Of a DNA stretch of 64,000 nucleotides, positions 55,289-63,821 are shown piece by piece; the first letter of the stretch is position 1; each line of letters opens with the position of its first letter. Below the pieces are notes generated by a model. The model saw only the letters and a list, made by a program, of their open reading frames with translations. It ran no database searches and was not told where the DNA came from. Where the stretch lies: the IMG/VR virus record IMGVR_UViG_3300025598_000021. One strand, given 5' to 3'. Both the position numbers and the translations under genes were made by a program. The stretch is from a virus.

Positions 55289-55500
55289 AAGGATTAAAGA
55301 TGGATGATAAGTTAGATGAAATTGCAAGACTGATGGCTCCAATCGATGAGCAGATTACTCTGTGTGAGAGCGGCAGTGAACAGATCATGCTTGCGTGTGG
55401 AATGATGCAGAGAGTAAAAGAGATATTGAACCACCACCTTGGAGTAGAAGGCGCGGCTAATATCTTAAAGGAATATGTTAACACTACAACTCTACAGTGA
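55285..55500 (+). CDS. hypothetical protein
   Basis: Coupled ORF, helical. Confidence 0.5.
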   Translation: MKGLKMDDKLDEIARLMAPIDEQITLCESGSEQIMLACGMMQRVKEILNHHLGVEGAANILKEYVNTTTLQ

Positions 55501-55912
55501 GGTTATAATGAGTGCTAATTGGGTAGACGACATTTATAAGATGCACCTACACTATAAGGTACATCCAGTGATTAATGTTATGGACAAAGAGAAACTAGCA
55601 AAATTTCTAGAGTTTCGCGCTAACTTTCTACAAGAAGAGTTGAATGAGCTTAAAGAAGCCAAGTCTGCGGAAGACGTAGTAGACGCGCTTATCGATCTAT
55701 GCGTAGTGGCTATCGGCACGCTAGACGGATTTGGAGTAAACTCTTATAAAGCGTGGGACGAGGTTCTTAAGGCTAATATGAATAAGACTCCTGGAGTAAA
55801 GCCTTCACGACCTAACCCGCTTGGACTTCCAGATCTTATTAAGCCAGAGGGCTGGGTTGGACCTTCGCACGAAGGTAATCACGGACTTGTGAGTAAAATC
55901 TTCGAGGACTGA
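55475..55912 (+). CDS. all-alpha NTP pyrophosphohydrolase (MazG/PRA-PH-like; candidate dCTPase/dUTPase; probable start 55508)
   Basis: EEL.EL...DALID..V...G...AWDEV..ANM.K...DLIKPEGW. Confidence 0.8.
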   Translation: MLTLQLYSEVIMSANWVDDIYKMHLHYKVHPVINVMDKEKLAKFLEFRANFLQEELNELKEAKSAEDVVDALIDLCVVAIGTLDGFGVNSYKAWDEVLKANMNKTPGVKPSRPNPLGLPDLIKPEGWVGPSHEGNHGLVSKIFED

Positions 55913-55913
55913 G

Positions 55914-56357
55914 ATGACCGATATTCGTTATGAAATGGGTAATATAGGTGAGCTTGCAGTAGAAGAACACTTTGATTCACAGAGAACAGACGATTGGTAT
56001 GACTCTCGTAAGGATGGAATGATCAACAATATGTCCTACGAGGTCAAGACCTTTCGTCTAAATGGAAAGACTAAAGGATTTTGGATTGATAAGTCTCAAT
56101 GGAAGAAAGTAGATGGAGTAGACATTCTTATCTTTGTGAGAGTACCTGAGACTACCGATGAAAGAGCTAGAATATACGTATGTATAAATCATAAAAACTG
56201 TTGGCAAAAAGCTTATAGAAACGATGGAACCGGAGTAAGATCTTATCCATTGACAAATTGCATATATATTGGTACAATAGGTGAAGAAAGATCATTACAA
56301 CTATATGAGCATTCTGTAAAGATCTCTAAACATAAGAGGTTAATCAATGCCGCATGA
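55914..56357 (+). CDS. hypothetical protein, possible PD-(D/E)XK fold
   Basis: G.IGE...DG......YEVKT pattern. Confidence 0.4.
   Translation: MTDIRYEMGNIGELAVEEHFDSQRTDDWYDSRKDGMINNMSYEVKTFRLNGKTKGFWIDKSQWKKVDGVDILIFVRVPETTDERARIYVCINHKNCWQKAYRNDGTGVRSYPLTNCIYIGTIGEERSLQLYEHSVKISKHKRLINAA
56250..56278 (+). promoter_or_regulatory. sigma70-type promoter upstream of the DNA modification genes
   Basis: TTGACA-17-TACAAT. Confidence 0.7.
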
Positions 56358-56754
56358 ACGTTACTCAGTCCAAGTTCTACAAGAGTGCATAGACCTCCAG
56401 AACAAGAAGTCTAACGACTATCAGAACCCAAACTCTACTATTAAGCAGGCTGACTATTATCCAAATGGTTGTCAGACTATCTTGGATACTATCCAAGCTA
56501 AAGTTCTTCGCATGCGTTCTGTTATGGAAGCTATGCAGTATGATAAGAACTATAAACCAAACTTCGAATCACTTGAAGATTCAGCTAAAGATCTTATCAA
56601 CTACGCTTCTTTCTTTGTGACGTTCTCGCGTGGTAAGATGGAAGGTCAAGATCCTAATCGCGACTTTCTTAATAAACAAAAACAAGTAGTGTCATACACC
56701 AGCCATACTATCACGGTAACAGCTAGTAATGAGGTAGAAGATGCAGGTTGCTAG
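56347..56754 (+). CDS. nucleotide-modification-associated (DUF1599/Nmad1-like) protein
   Basis: KKSNDY...K..R..S...ESLEDS..DLINYA.F. Confidence 0.65.
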   Translation: MPHERYSVQVLQECIDLQNKKSNDYQNPNSTIKQADYYPNGCQTILDTIQAKVLRMRSVMEAMQYDKNYKPNFESLEDSAKDLINYASFFVTFSRGKMEGQDPNRDFLNKQKQVVSYTSHTITVTASNEVEDAGC

Positions 56755-57391
56755 AGTCCAAGACATCAGAGAGTACTTCTACGATCAGTTAAAGAAACAA
56801 AACTTTGTAACTGATAAGACTGGTGTTAAGACTATCGAACTCATTGGCGCTAACTTCATTGCCAATGAGCCTACTATCTTTGGAGAAGTAAACGAAGATT
56901 ATATCCGTAAAGAATTGGCTTGGTATAAGTCGATGTCTCTAAACGTTAATGATCTAGAAGACACGCCTGCTATATGGAAGAAAGTAGCAGACGAAGATGG
57001 TTATATCAACTCAAACTACGGCTGGTGTATCTGGTCGCACGATAATCACTATCAATATCATAACGCGTTGAATGAGCTTAATAAGAATCCAGACTCACGC
57101 CGCGCTATCATGATCTATACAAGACCATCGATGTGGCACGACTATGACTATCACGGCATGTCAGATTTTATGTGTACTAACACCGTGCAGTATTTGATCC
57201 GTGATAATAGACTTAACGCTGTAGTTCAGATGAGATCTAACGACGTAGTCTATGGCTATCGCAATGACTACGCTTGGCAGGACTACGTATTAGACAAGAT
57301 GGCAAATGAGTTAAAAGTTGCTCGCGGCGATATTTATTGGAATGTAGGATCTCTTCATGTCTATGAAAGACACTTCGACTTGGTCATCTAA
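56741..57391 (+). CDS. gp42: dCMP hydroxymethylase
   Basis: Near-identical motifs to T4 gp42 as I recall it: DKTGVKTIE, INSNYGW.IWS, NPDSRR.IMIYTRPSM, GMSDFMCTNTVQYLIRD, MRSNDVV.G.RNDYAWQ (cytosine-specifying Asp), WNVGSLHVY.RHF. Confidence 0.93.
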   Translation: MQVARVQDIREYFYDQLKKQNFVTDKTGVKTIELIGANFIANEPTIFGEVNEDYIRKELAWYKSMSLNVNDLEDTPAIWKKVADEDGYINSNYGWCIWSHDNHYQYHNALNELNKNPDSRRAIMIYTRPSMWHDYDYHGMSDFMCTNTVQYLIRDNRLNAVVQMRSNDVVYGYRNDYAWQDYVLDKMANELKVARGDIYWNVGSLHVYERHFDLVI

Positions 57392-57833
57392 GTATTTAAA
57401 TCTAGCAAAACACGTAGCGACTTGGTCTAAAGATCCATCCACTAAAATCGGCGCTGTAGCTGTAGGAGAACGCGGCCAGATACTAAGTACTGGCTATAAT
57501 GGTTTTCCTAGAAATATTGAAGACAGACCGGACAGGCTAAACGATAGAGAGTCAAAGTATAAGTACGTAGTTCACGGTGAGATGAACTGCATATATAATG
57601 CGACACTCAATGGTGTGAGTTTAAATGAAGCAGACTTATACGTGTATGGATTGCCTATATGCTCTGAGTGCGCTAAGGGTGTAATACAGGTCGGCATCAA
57701 GCGCGCTTTCATGTGCTATCCTGAGAATACAAGAGACAAGTGGAAAGACTCTTATAAGATTACTTCTGAGATGTTTAATGAAGTCGGAATATATCATGAG
57801 GTCGTGTATGAGAGCGATAGTGGTAGGAATTAA
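57357..57833 (+). CDS. cd: dCMP deaminase
   Basis: SKDPSTKIGAV, GYNGFP, HGE.N, P.CSEC zinc motifs. Confidence 0.9.
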   Translation: MSMKDTSTWSSKYLNLAKHVATWSKDPSTKIGAVAVGERGQILSTGYNGFPRNIEDRPDRLNDRESKYKYVVHGEMNCIYNATLNGVSLNEADLYVYGLPICSECAKGVIQVGIKRAFMCYPENTRDKWKDSYKITSEMFNEVGIYHEVVYESDSGRN

Positions 57834-58170
57834 TCCTTCTAATCATAAGACTGTCGATAAGCACTGTATTACCATAAAGCGTCTATTCAAATGGATGGAC
57901 GACTTGAATATCAAGTATTTCTCGTTCGTAAACTGTATACCAAGTCCAGGAAGATATAATAAATCTGACATCGACTACGATATGATAGACGTCTGCACGA
58001 GAGACTATAAAGTAGTACTGGCGCTTGGTAACTTTCCATCTGAAGCTTTAAACAAAATTAACGTAAAGCACTTTAAATTGCCACATCCTTCTGGGCTAAA
58101 TAGACAATTAAATGACGTCAAATATGAATTAGACATGTTGAGACAGTGCAGGAACTATATCTATGGCTAA
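57778..58170 (+). CDS. uracil-DNA-glycosylase-superfamily small protein (probable start 57808)
   Basis: VVGINPS, LALG, LPHPSGLN motifs. Confidence 0.7.
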   Translation: MKSEYIMRSCMRAIVVGINPSNHKTVDKHCITIKRLFKWMDDLNIKYFSFVNCIPSPGRYNKSDIDYDMIDVCTRDYKVVLALGNFPSEALNKINVKHFKLPHPSGLNRQLNDVKYELDMLRQCRNYIYG

Positions 58171-59257
58171 AAAGATTTTAATAACTGGTTTTAATAAAGA
58201 GCAGTGCACACGCGACTACTTTCTTACCAAAGAACTTAGAATTTTAAACTCACACTACTCTCTAATTCGATGTCTAGAAGACATGGGATTCGAGGTAGAG
58301 CAGCGACCTGTAGACATCGGCGAAGACCTATCCGGATACGATCGCGTAATCATATATCTACATTCTATACAGTCGTTCTGCCAATTCTTGTATGACGGTC
58401 TATACGCTATTAAGGCTCGTCCGGACGCGATTCTAGCGTTTGATGACTGGCAGGTAGATCAGGTCATGGCGTGTTTTCCACAGTTTAAGCGTAACTTACT
58501 CGACGAAGAGAAGTATAATCCATTTAGACAATATCTACTAGATCTCTATTATGGATCTTCAGACGAAGCCACTATTCGCGCTCACAAGCAAGACTATCTA
58601 GAAAGTATAGAGCAGGTACTATCTTATCAAAACAAGTTGATGATCTGTGCCTACTCAGGCGGTGACCTAAGCAAGTTTAAACTCGGATGGTCAAGCGACA
58701 AGTTGTTCAGCTTTAATCCTAACCCCTACAATCTTAATCGTGGACCGCATAACAACTTTGGCGAAGAATCTACAGGTCTAAACGCTTTCTTTGAGGAGGA
58801 CACTCCTAAAGAGAAGATCAGGGCTTGGGTGTTCTCATCGCTGAATCACAAGAAAAACGATGCAGTTGTTAAGAAGAATAATTTTACGTGGGACGTCGCC
58901 ATGTATGGTCCACGACGTGGTGAATATAAAGCGCAGCGTCTAAAAGAACCTGATATGTGCAGAGAGTATGTAAAGCACTGGGGTTGTCTATTACCAAAAT
59001 ACTATCACGCCGGCTCAGGATGGTGGCGATCTAGAGTACAGCAGGTGGCAGACGCCGGCTCTATTCTACTATGTGACGACGTTGAAGGCGTAATCTATGG
59101 CGACGCGTATGTCGGTCTAAACATTGCAGATATAGAAAGCATGGACAACACGCAGCTAGAAAAGCTGGCTAAATATCAGCACGACTGTTTGTATGATAAT
59201 CATCCGCTAGACAAGAAAGTGCAGCGCGATGAATTGACTAAGATCTTGGAGATTTAA
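58163..59257 (+). CDS. DNA glycosyltransferase, remote T4 beta-glucosyltransferase (GT-B)-like
   Basis: Recalled alignment to T4 BGT: EDMGFEV/SEMGLNV, DLSGYDRVII/DVNDYDRLIV, RVQQVADAGSILLCD/RVWETMASDAVMLID, QHDCL/QHDIL; similar length; next to gp42. Confidence 0.65.
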   Translation: MAKKILITGFNKEQCTRDYFLTKELRILNSHYSLIRCLEDMGFEVEQRPVDIGEDLSGYDRVIIYLHSIQSFCQFLYDGLYAIKARPDAILAFDDWQVDQVMACFPQFKRNLLDEEKYNPFRQYLLDLYYGSSDEATIRAHKQDYLESIEQVLSYQNKLMICAYSGGDLSKFKLGWSSDKLFSFNPNPYNLNRGPHNNFGEESTGLNAFFEEDTPKEKIRAWVFSSLNHKKNDAVVKKNNFTWDVAMYGPRRGEYKAQRLKEPDMCREYVKHWGCLLPKYYHAGSGWWRSRVQQVADAGSILLCDDVEGVIYGDAYVGLNIADIESMDNTQLEKLAKYQHDCLYDNHPLDKKVQRDELTKILEI

Positions 59258-60457
59258 ATGAAGCACGCCGCAATCATTCCACTCATCGGTGGAGAAGCGC
59301 TAGCATCAGCGGCCGTATTTGGTAGTAGACCAGACTATATTTTAAGTTATACGCCATTTAAAAATCACGATGCGCACCTGCTTAATTATTGGGACCACGA
59401 AGTTCCATACTATCTACTAGACGAAGGTGGAAGGCATCCTCATAAAGTAGACGTCGTGTCTAGCGTGTGTCCGTGCGCCGGCCTGTCAATGTTGTCTACC
59501 GGCTATGGCGAACACAATCCAAATAATAAATGGATGTTAGAATCTGCAGAATACGTATTAGGTGAGATGCAGCCTAAAGTATTCTGGGGTGAGAACGCTC
59601 CTGCGCTCGCTGGAAAGATCGGAGAACCTATTAGAAACCAACTAATTGATATTGGTAATAAACACGGTTATACGATGACTCTCTATCGCACTAAGAGTCT
59701 TCTACACGGCGTGCCACAAGTTAGAGAGCGAACGTTCTACTTCTTCTGGAAAGGTGATAAGACACCAATTCTTAACTACTACAACGTTCCATACGATAAG
59801 ATCGAAGACGTAATATTGAGAATCAAAGCTAATTCTCAGATGGAACCTATCAATAAGAATAAGCCGAGCGAAGACCCGTATTATAAGTATCTCCTAGAAG
59901 TAGTCTATGGTGGTATCACTCATCGCGAACATTTTGATAAAATCGATCCTAATAACATATCCGTGAGAAGCTATGATTCGAAAAGTCTTATCGAAACTTT
60001 TGGCCATGATTATAGGCAAGTCGGCGCGTGGATGGAAGCAAATGGATATGAAAGAGAAGTCAGTAAGTGTGATCGTATGTTTAACAAGCTCGCATCGGGT
60101 AAAAACATCATGCGTCGCGGTACTATCGTACCGAAAGAATACATCGGTGCTTTTGTCGGTCACTACCCTACCATGCTTACGCACCCGCACGAAGACAGAT
60201 ACATAACATACAGAGAGGCGATGTCTATCATGGGTCTGCCTGAAGACTTTGAACTTCTAGACCCAAAGAAAAACTACAACCATATCTGTCAAAACGTTCC
60301 ATTTCGCACTGCAGTAGACATGGCTAAAGAAGTCAAGGCAGTACTAGAAGGTGAGAGAGAATTTGTTGACAATCGCTTAGTTTATCAGTATAATAGTAAT
60401 AGGAAACACGTGTTAGCTGATAAAAGACAGAACAGTCTAGCTGAATTTTTTAATTGA
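59258..60457 (+). CDS. C5 cytosine methyltransferase-fold protein with atypical SAM-binding motifs
   Basis: PCAGLS (motif IV), GEN (VI), PQ.RER (VIII), R..T.RE...MG.P.DF (IX); motif I reads IPLIGG. Confidence 0.8.
   Translation: MKHAAIIPLIGGEALASAAVFGSRPDYILSYTPFKNHDAHLLNYWDHEVPYYLLDEGGRHPHKVDVVSSVCPCAGLSMLSTGYGEHNPNNKWMLESAEYVLGEMQPKVFWGENAPALAGKIGEPIRNQLIDIGNKHGYTMTLYRTKSLLHGVPQVRERTFYFFWKGDKTPILNYYNVPYDKIEDVILRIKANSQMEPINKNKPSEDPYYKYLLEVVYGGITHREHFDKIDPNNISVRSYDSKSLIETFGHDYRQVGAWMEANGYEREVSKCDRMFNKLASGKNIMRRGTIVPKEYIGAFVGHYPTMLTHPHEDRYITYREAMSIMGLPEDFELLDPKKNYNHICQNVPFRTAVDMAKEVKAVLEGEREFVDNRLVYQYNSNRKHVLADKRQNSLAEFFN
60366..60394 (+). promoter_or_regulatory. perfect sigma70-type promoter in the 3' end of the MTase gene
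   Basis: TTGACA-17-TATAAT. Confidence 0.75.
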
Positions 60458-60464
60458 TGGAGGA

Positions 60465-60884
60465 GTGATGAGCGTCTTTAAGAATAACCCTACTATGGTA
60501 AACGGCGGAGGAACCATGATTGGATCTATAACCGCCGATGATTTATACAAGTTCGAGAACGGCAAGACATATCATGCTAGCGTTAGTTCTTCGGCTTCAG
60601 TACCAAATATCCAGTATAAATACAACGAAGGTCGTATCATTGACGACTTTCGCGCCTATATCGATAAGACATATGGGCAGCACTATATGACCGAAGACCA
60701 AAATATAGAATGTTTTGACGTGTGGCTAGCTCTCGGCGATTCAATGCCTACCTTCAGAAACACAGCTATTAAGTATCTCTGGCGCTATGGAAAGAAAAAT
60801 GGCACCAATAGAGACGACTTGATGAAAGTATTGCATTATACTCTAATGATGTTGTATGTAGACCATTACAAGAAAGGTGAATAA
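60465..60884 (+). CDS. DUF3310/SaV-like conserved phage protein
   Basis: KYNE......YID.TY..HY...KY.WRYGKK.G.N..DL.K..HY. Confidence 0.7.
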   Translation: MMSVFKNNPTMVNGGGTMIGSITADDLYKFENGKTYHASVSSSASVPNIQYKYNEGRIIDDFRAYIDKTYGQHYMTEDQNIECFDVWLALGDSMPTFRNTAIKYLWRYGKKNGTNRDDLMKVLHYTLMMLYVDHYKKGE

Positions 60885-60887
60885 AAT

Positions 60888-61745
60888 ATGGAAATTCAGA
60901 TCCCAGTTGAAAAGTTGCGCGAACGAGGTCTCTTTGTAGCAACTCCAATGTATGGCGGACAGTGCGCCGGTATGTTTGCACGATCCGTTGCAGATCTATC
61001 TGCTCTATGTACAAAGTATGGTATTCCTCTACAGTTCTACTTCCTGTTTAATGAGTCATTGATCACGCGCGCTAGAAACTATTGCTGCGATGAATTCATG
61101 CGCTCACAGACGCAGCACATGATGTTTATTGACTCCGACATCGGCTTTAATCCACAAGACGTTATCGCTCTTATGGCGCTGCAGGCCAATGATGAAGATA
61201 AGTATGATATCATCGGCGGTCCATATCCTAAGAAGTGTATCTCTTGGGAAAAGATCAAGCACGCTGTCGATAAGGGTGTCGCTGACGAAGATCCTAACGT
61301 ACTTGAGAAGTTCGTTGGTGACTACGTCTTTAATCCTAAGGGCGATCAGCAGAGTATCCCACTCAGCGAGCCAGTCGAGGTTCTCGAGATCGGAACGGGC
61401 TTCATGATGGTCACTAAGAAAGCCATGCAGAAGTTCTACGACAGCTACAAGGACCAGTACTCATACAAGCCAGATCACGTTCGCACAGAGCACTTCGACG
61501 GCTCACGTGAGATTCTAATGTTCTTCCAGGCTGAAGTAGATCCAGCGTCTAAGCGCTATCTCTCAGAAGACTATTGGTTCTGTCAGAAAGCTCAGCAGAT
61601 CGGTCTTAAGACTTGGTTCTGTCCGTGGATGGTTCTACAACACGTTGGTACGTATATCTTCGGCGGTTCACTTGCTGATATTGCTTCTGTCGGTGCAGCT
61701 GCAACCGCTGATCCATCAAAAATTGGTGGTAAAAAGAAGAAGTAA
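60888..61745 (+). CDS. GT-A-fold glycosyltransferase-like protein
   Basis: VATPMYGG, ESLITRARN, FIDSDIGF (DxD), GTGFM, LSEDY.FC, L.HVG. Confidence 0.75.
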   Translation: MEIQIPVEKLRERGLFVATPMYGGQCAGMFARSVADLSALCTKYGIPLQFYFLFNESLITRARNYCCDEFMRSQTQHMMFIDSDIGFNPQDVIALMALQANDEDKYDIIGGPYPKKCISWEKIKHAVDKGVADEDPNVLEKFVGDYVFNPKGDQQSIPLSEPVEVLEIGTGFMMVTKKAMQKFYDSYKDQYSYKPDHVRTEHFDGSREILMFFQAEVDPASKRYLSEDYWFCQKAQQIGLKTWFCPWMVLQHVGTYIFGGSLADIASVGAAATADPSKIGGKKKK

Positions 61746-61762
61746 GTGAAAGGAACTATATA

Positions 61763-62419
61763 ATGCAGATAAGTGTTAATACAATAAACGTATTAAAGAA
61801 TTTCTCATCTATCAATCCTTCAATTATCATCAACGAAGGTAACGTTATTGAGACTATCTCTAATATGAAGACAGTCAAGGCAAAGGCGAAGGTCGATACG
61901 ACCTTCCCACGCCGCTTTGCGATGTATAACCTCAATAAGCTGATCTCTATTCTCAGCCTATATGACAACGCAGACGTGCGATTTGAAGATAACAATCTAG
62001 TTATCTCAGACGGTGATAATAAGATCACCAACTTGACATACTCTGACGAGTCTACTATCATCAAACCACCAAAGACGATCAATCTACCAAGCGTAGATGT
62101 TTCAGTGTCTGTGACCAATGAAAATATCAAGGACGTCGAGAAGGCTCTTGGAGTCCTATCAGTTCGTAATATTATAATCTCAGGTGATGGTGAGTTCGTA
62201 TATCTCCAGGCCGCTGACGGTGGTAACCCATCTGGCGATGTTTATTCCATCAAGCTTGGTATGTCAGAAAAGAAGTTCAAGGCCGTGTTTAAGGCTGAGA
62301 ACATTAAAGTACTTCCTGGTAACTACACGATTGAAATTAGTTCTAAAGGAATTTCAAGGTTCTACAACGACGACGTCGAATACTTCATCGCCGTTGAGTC
62401 TGAGCTTTCGAAATTCTAA
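61763..62419 (+). CDS. gp45: DNA polymerase sliding clamp gp45
   Basis: T..VLKNFSSINPSI; F..Y.LN; EN.K.LPGNY...IS.KGIS.F; Y.IA.E. Confidence 0.92.
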   Translation: MQISVNTINVLKNFSSINPSIIINEGNVIETISNMKTVKAKAKVDTTFPRRFAMYNLNKLISILSLYDNADVRFEDNNLVISDGDNKITNLTYSDESTIIKPPKTINLPSVDVSVSVTNENIKDVEKALGVLSVRNIIISGDGEFVYLQAADGGNPSGDVYSIKLGMSEKKFKAVFKAENIKVLPGNYTIEISSKGISRFYNDDVEYFIAVESELSKF

Positions 62420-62425
62420 CTTGAA

Positions 62426-62453
62426 GGGGGACCCAGTGTCCCCCACTTTTTTT
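62426..62453 (+). terminator. Rho-independent terminator after gp45
   Basis: gggggac-ccagt-gtccccc-ac-ttttttt. Confidence 0.8.
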
Positions 62454-62469
62454 ATTATGATGAGGTGTT

Positions 62470-63411
62470 ATGATGAATGAACAGTTCTTGTGGGTCGAGA
62501 AGTATCGTCCAAAGACTATTGAAGAGACAGTTCTACCGTGTGACTTAAAATCAGTATTTCAACAGTTCGTCGATCAAAAGAGTATTCCGAATTTGATATT
62601 GACCGGCAGCGCCGGTGTCGGAAAGACGACCGTAGCTAAAGCAATGCTCGAAGAGCTGGAATGTGACTATATCGTAATCAATGGATCTATGAATGGCAAT
62701 ATCGATACCCTACGAAACGAAATCCACAATTTTGCATCAGCCGTCTCATTATCGGGTGGACGCAAATACGTTATCCTTGATGAGGCAGACTACCTTAATG
62801 CCAACAGCACTCAACCTGCACTTCGCAACTTCATGGAAGAATTTTCCAGAAACTGTGGATTTATTCTCACATGTAACTTCAAAAATAGAATTATCGAACC
62901 GTTACATTCTCGGTGCTCTGTCATAGATTTTAAGATCAACAAGAAAGCGACAGCGAAGCTAGCAGCTCAGTTCTTTAAGCGCTGCTGCACAATACTCGAA
63001 CAGGAAGGAATAACATATGACAAAGCGGTCGTTGCAGAAGTTATCAACAAACATTTTCCAGACTGGCGCCGGGTACTTAACGAGCTGCAAAGATATTCTG
63101 CTACTGGCAGCATTGATTCTGGTATTCTTGCCAATCTTAAAGAGACTTCCATCAAGCAGCTCATTGAGCTTCTAAAGGATAAAAACTTCACAGAGGTTCG
63201 TAAGTGGGTCGTAGAGAATCTAGACTACAACGTCAATGAGCTTTTTCGTAAGTTGTATGACACGTCTTCAGAATATCTAAAGCCAAACGAGGTTCCTGCA
63301 TTTATCCTTCTTATCAGCCGGTATCAGTATCAGGCCGCGTTTGTCGCAGATCAAGAGATCAACCTGATGGCGTTCTTCGCTCAGGTGATGCTTGAAGGAT
63401 TCTACGCATGA
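62470..63411 (+). CDS. gp44: clamp loader large subunit gp44
   Basis: LWVEKYRP, GSAGVGKTT, ILDEAD, SRC, FPDWRR. Confidence 0.96.
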   Translation: MMNEQFLWVEKYRPKTIEETVLPCDLKSVFQQFVDQKSIPNLILTGSAGVGKTTVAKAMLEELECDYIVINGSMNGNIDTLRNEIHNFASAVSLSGGRKYVILDEADYLNANSTQPALRNFMEEFSRNCGFILTCNFKNRIIEPLHSRCSVIDFKINKKATAKLAAQFFKRCCTILEQEGITYDKAVVAEVINKHFPDWRRVLNELQRYSATGSIDSGILANLKETSIKQLIELLKDKNFTEVRKWVVENLDYNVNELFRKLYDTSSEYLKPNEVPAFILLISRYQYQAAFVADQEINLMAFFAQVMLEGFYA

Positions 63412-63770
63412 ACCCGTTCGACATAATTAACGATATATCATACGCTAAGAGATACATACTAGAAGATGATAAAGATTATATACCATATATAGTCAATAAC
63501 CACTTCTCATACTTTGGTGATTCCATATTCTTTGCAAACCAGATGAATATGAAATCAAATCTTGATAAGAGGCTGCAGCACGATTACTACTTTCACTCGC
63601 TCCGTAAGAGTAAGAGAAAGACAAAGTGGGCAAAGAAAGAAAAGTCTGATATCTTAGAGTGTGTGCAGAAATACTATAACTATGGACCTGATCAGGCCAA
63701 AGAGGCAATTAGGCTGTTAACTAAGAAACAGATAGACTATATTGTAGACAAAGTAACTCCAAAGGATTAA
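63408..63770 (+). CDS. gp62: clamp loader small subunit gp62
   Basis: Y.PYIVN..FS...D....AN.MN; Q.DY....LRK.KR...WAK; YY.Y....A. Confidence 0.9.
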   Translation: MNPFDIINDISYAKRYILEDDKDYIPYIVNNHFSYFGDSIFFANQMNMKSNLDKRLQHDYYFHSLRKSKRKTKWAKKEKSDILECVQKYYNYGPDQAKEAIRLLTKKQIDYIVDKVTPKD

Positions 63771-63781
63771 TTCTTATGAAT

Positions 63782-63789
63782 TATAAATA
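63782..63789 (+). promoter_or_regulatory. T4-type late promoter upstream of regA
   Basis: Intergenic TATAAATA. Confidence 0.6.
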
Positions 63790-63821
63790 ATCAGTGCATA
63801 ATAATAAGAAAAGGTTTAACT

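Noticed and set aside
56741-57391. Thymidylate synthase (thyA)
   Set aside because: Motifs match T4 gp42, including the Asp in RNDYAW that specifies dCMP rather than dUMP.
60615-60622. TATAAATA inside the DUF3310-like gene (also 19459, 29024, 35919)
   Set aside because: Intragenic matches in AT-rich codons, over 100 nt from the next start; some may be real, but I cannot support them individually.
1776-63708. Numerous minus-strand and alternate-frame ORFs in the ORF track
   Set aside because: They lie wholly within well-supported plus-strand genes, show no recognisable motifs, and are expected shadows of biased codon usage.
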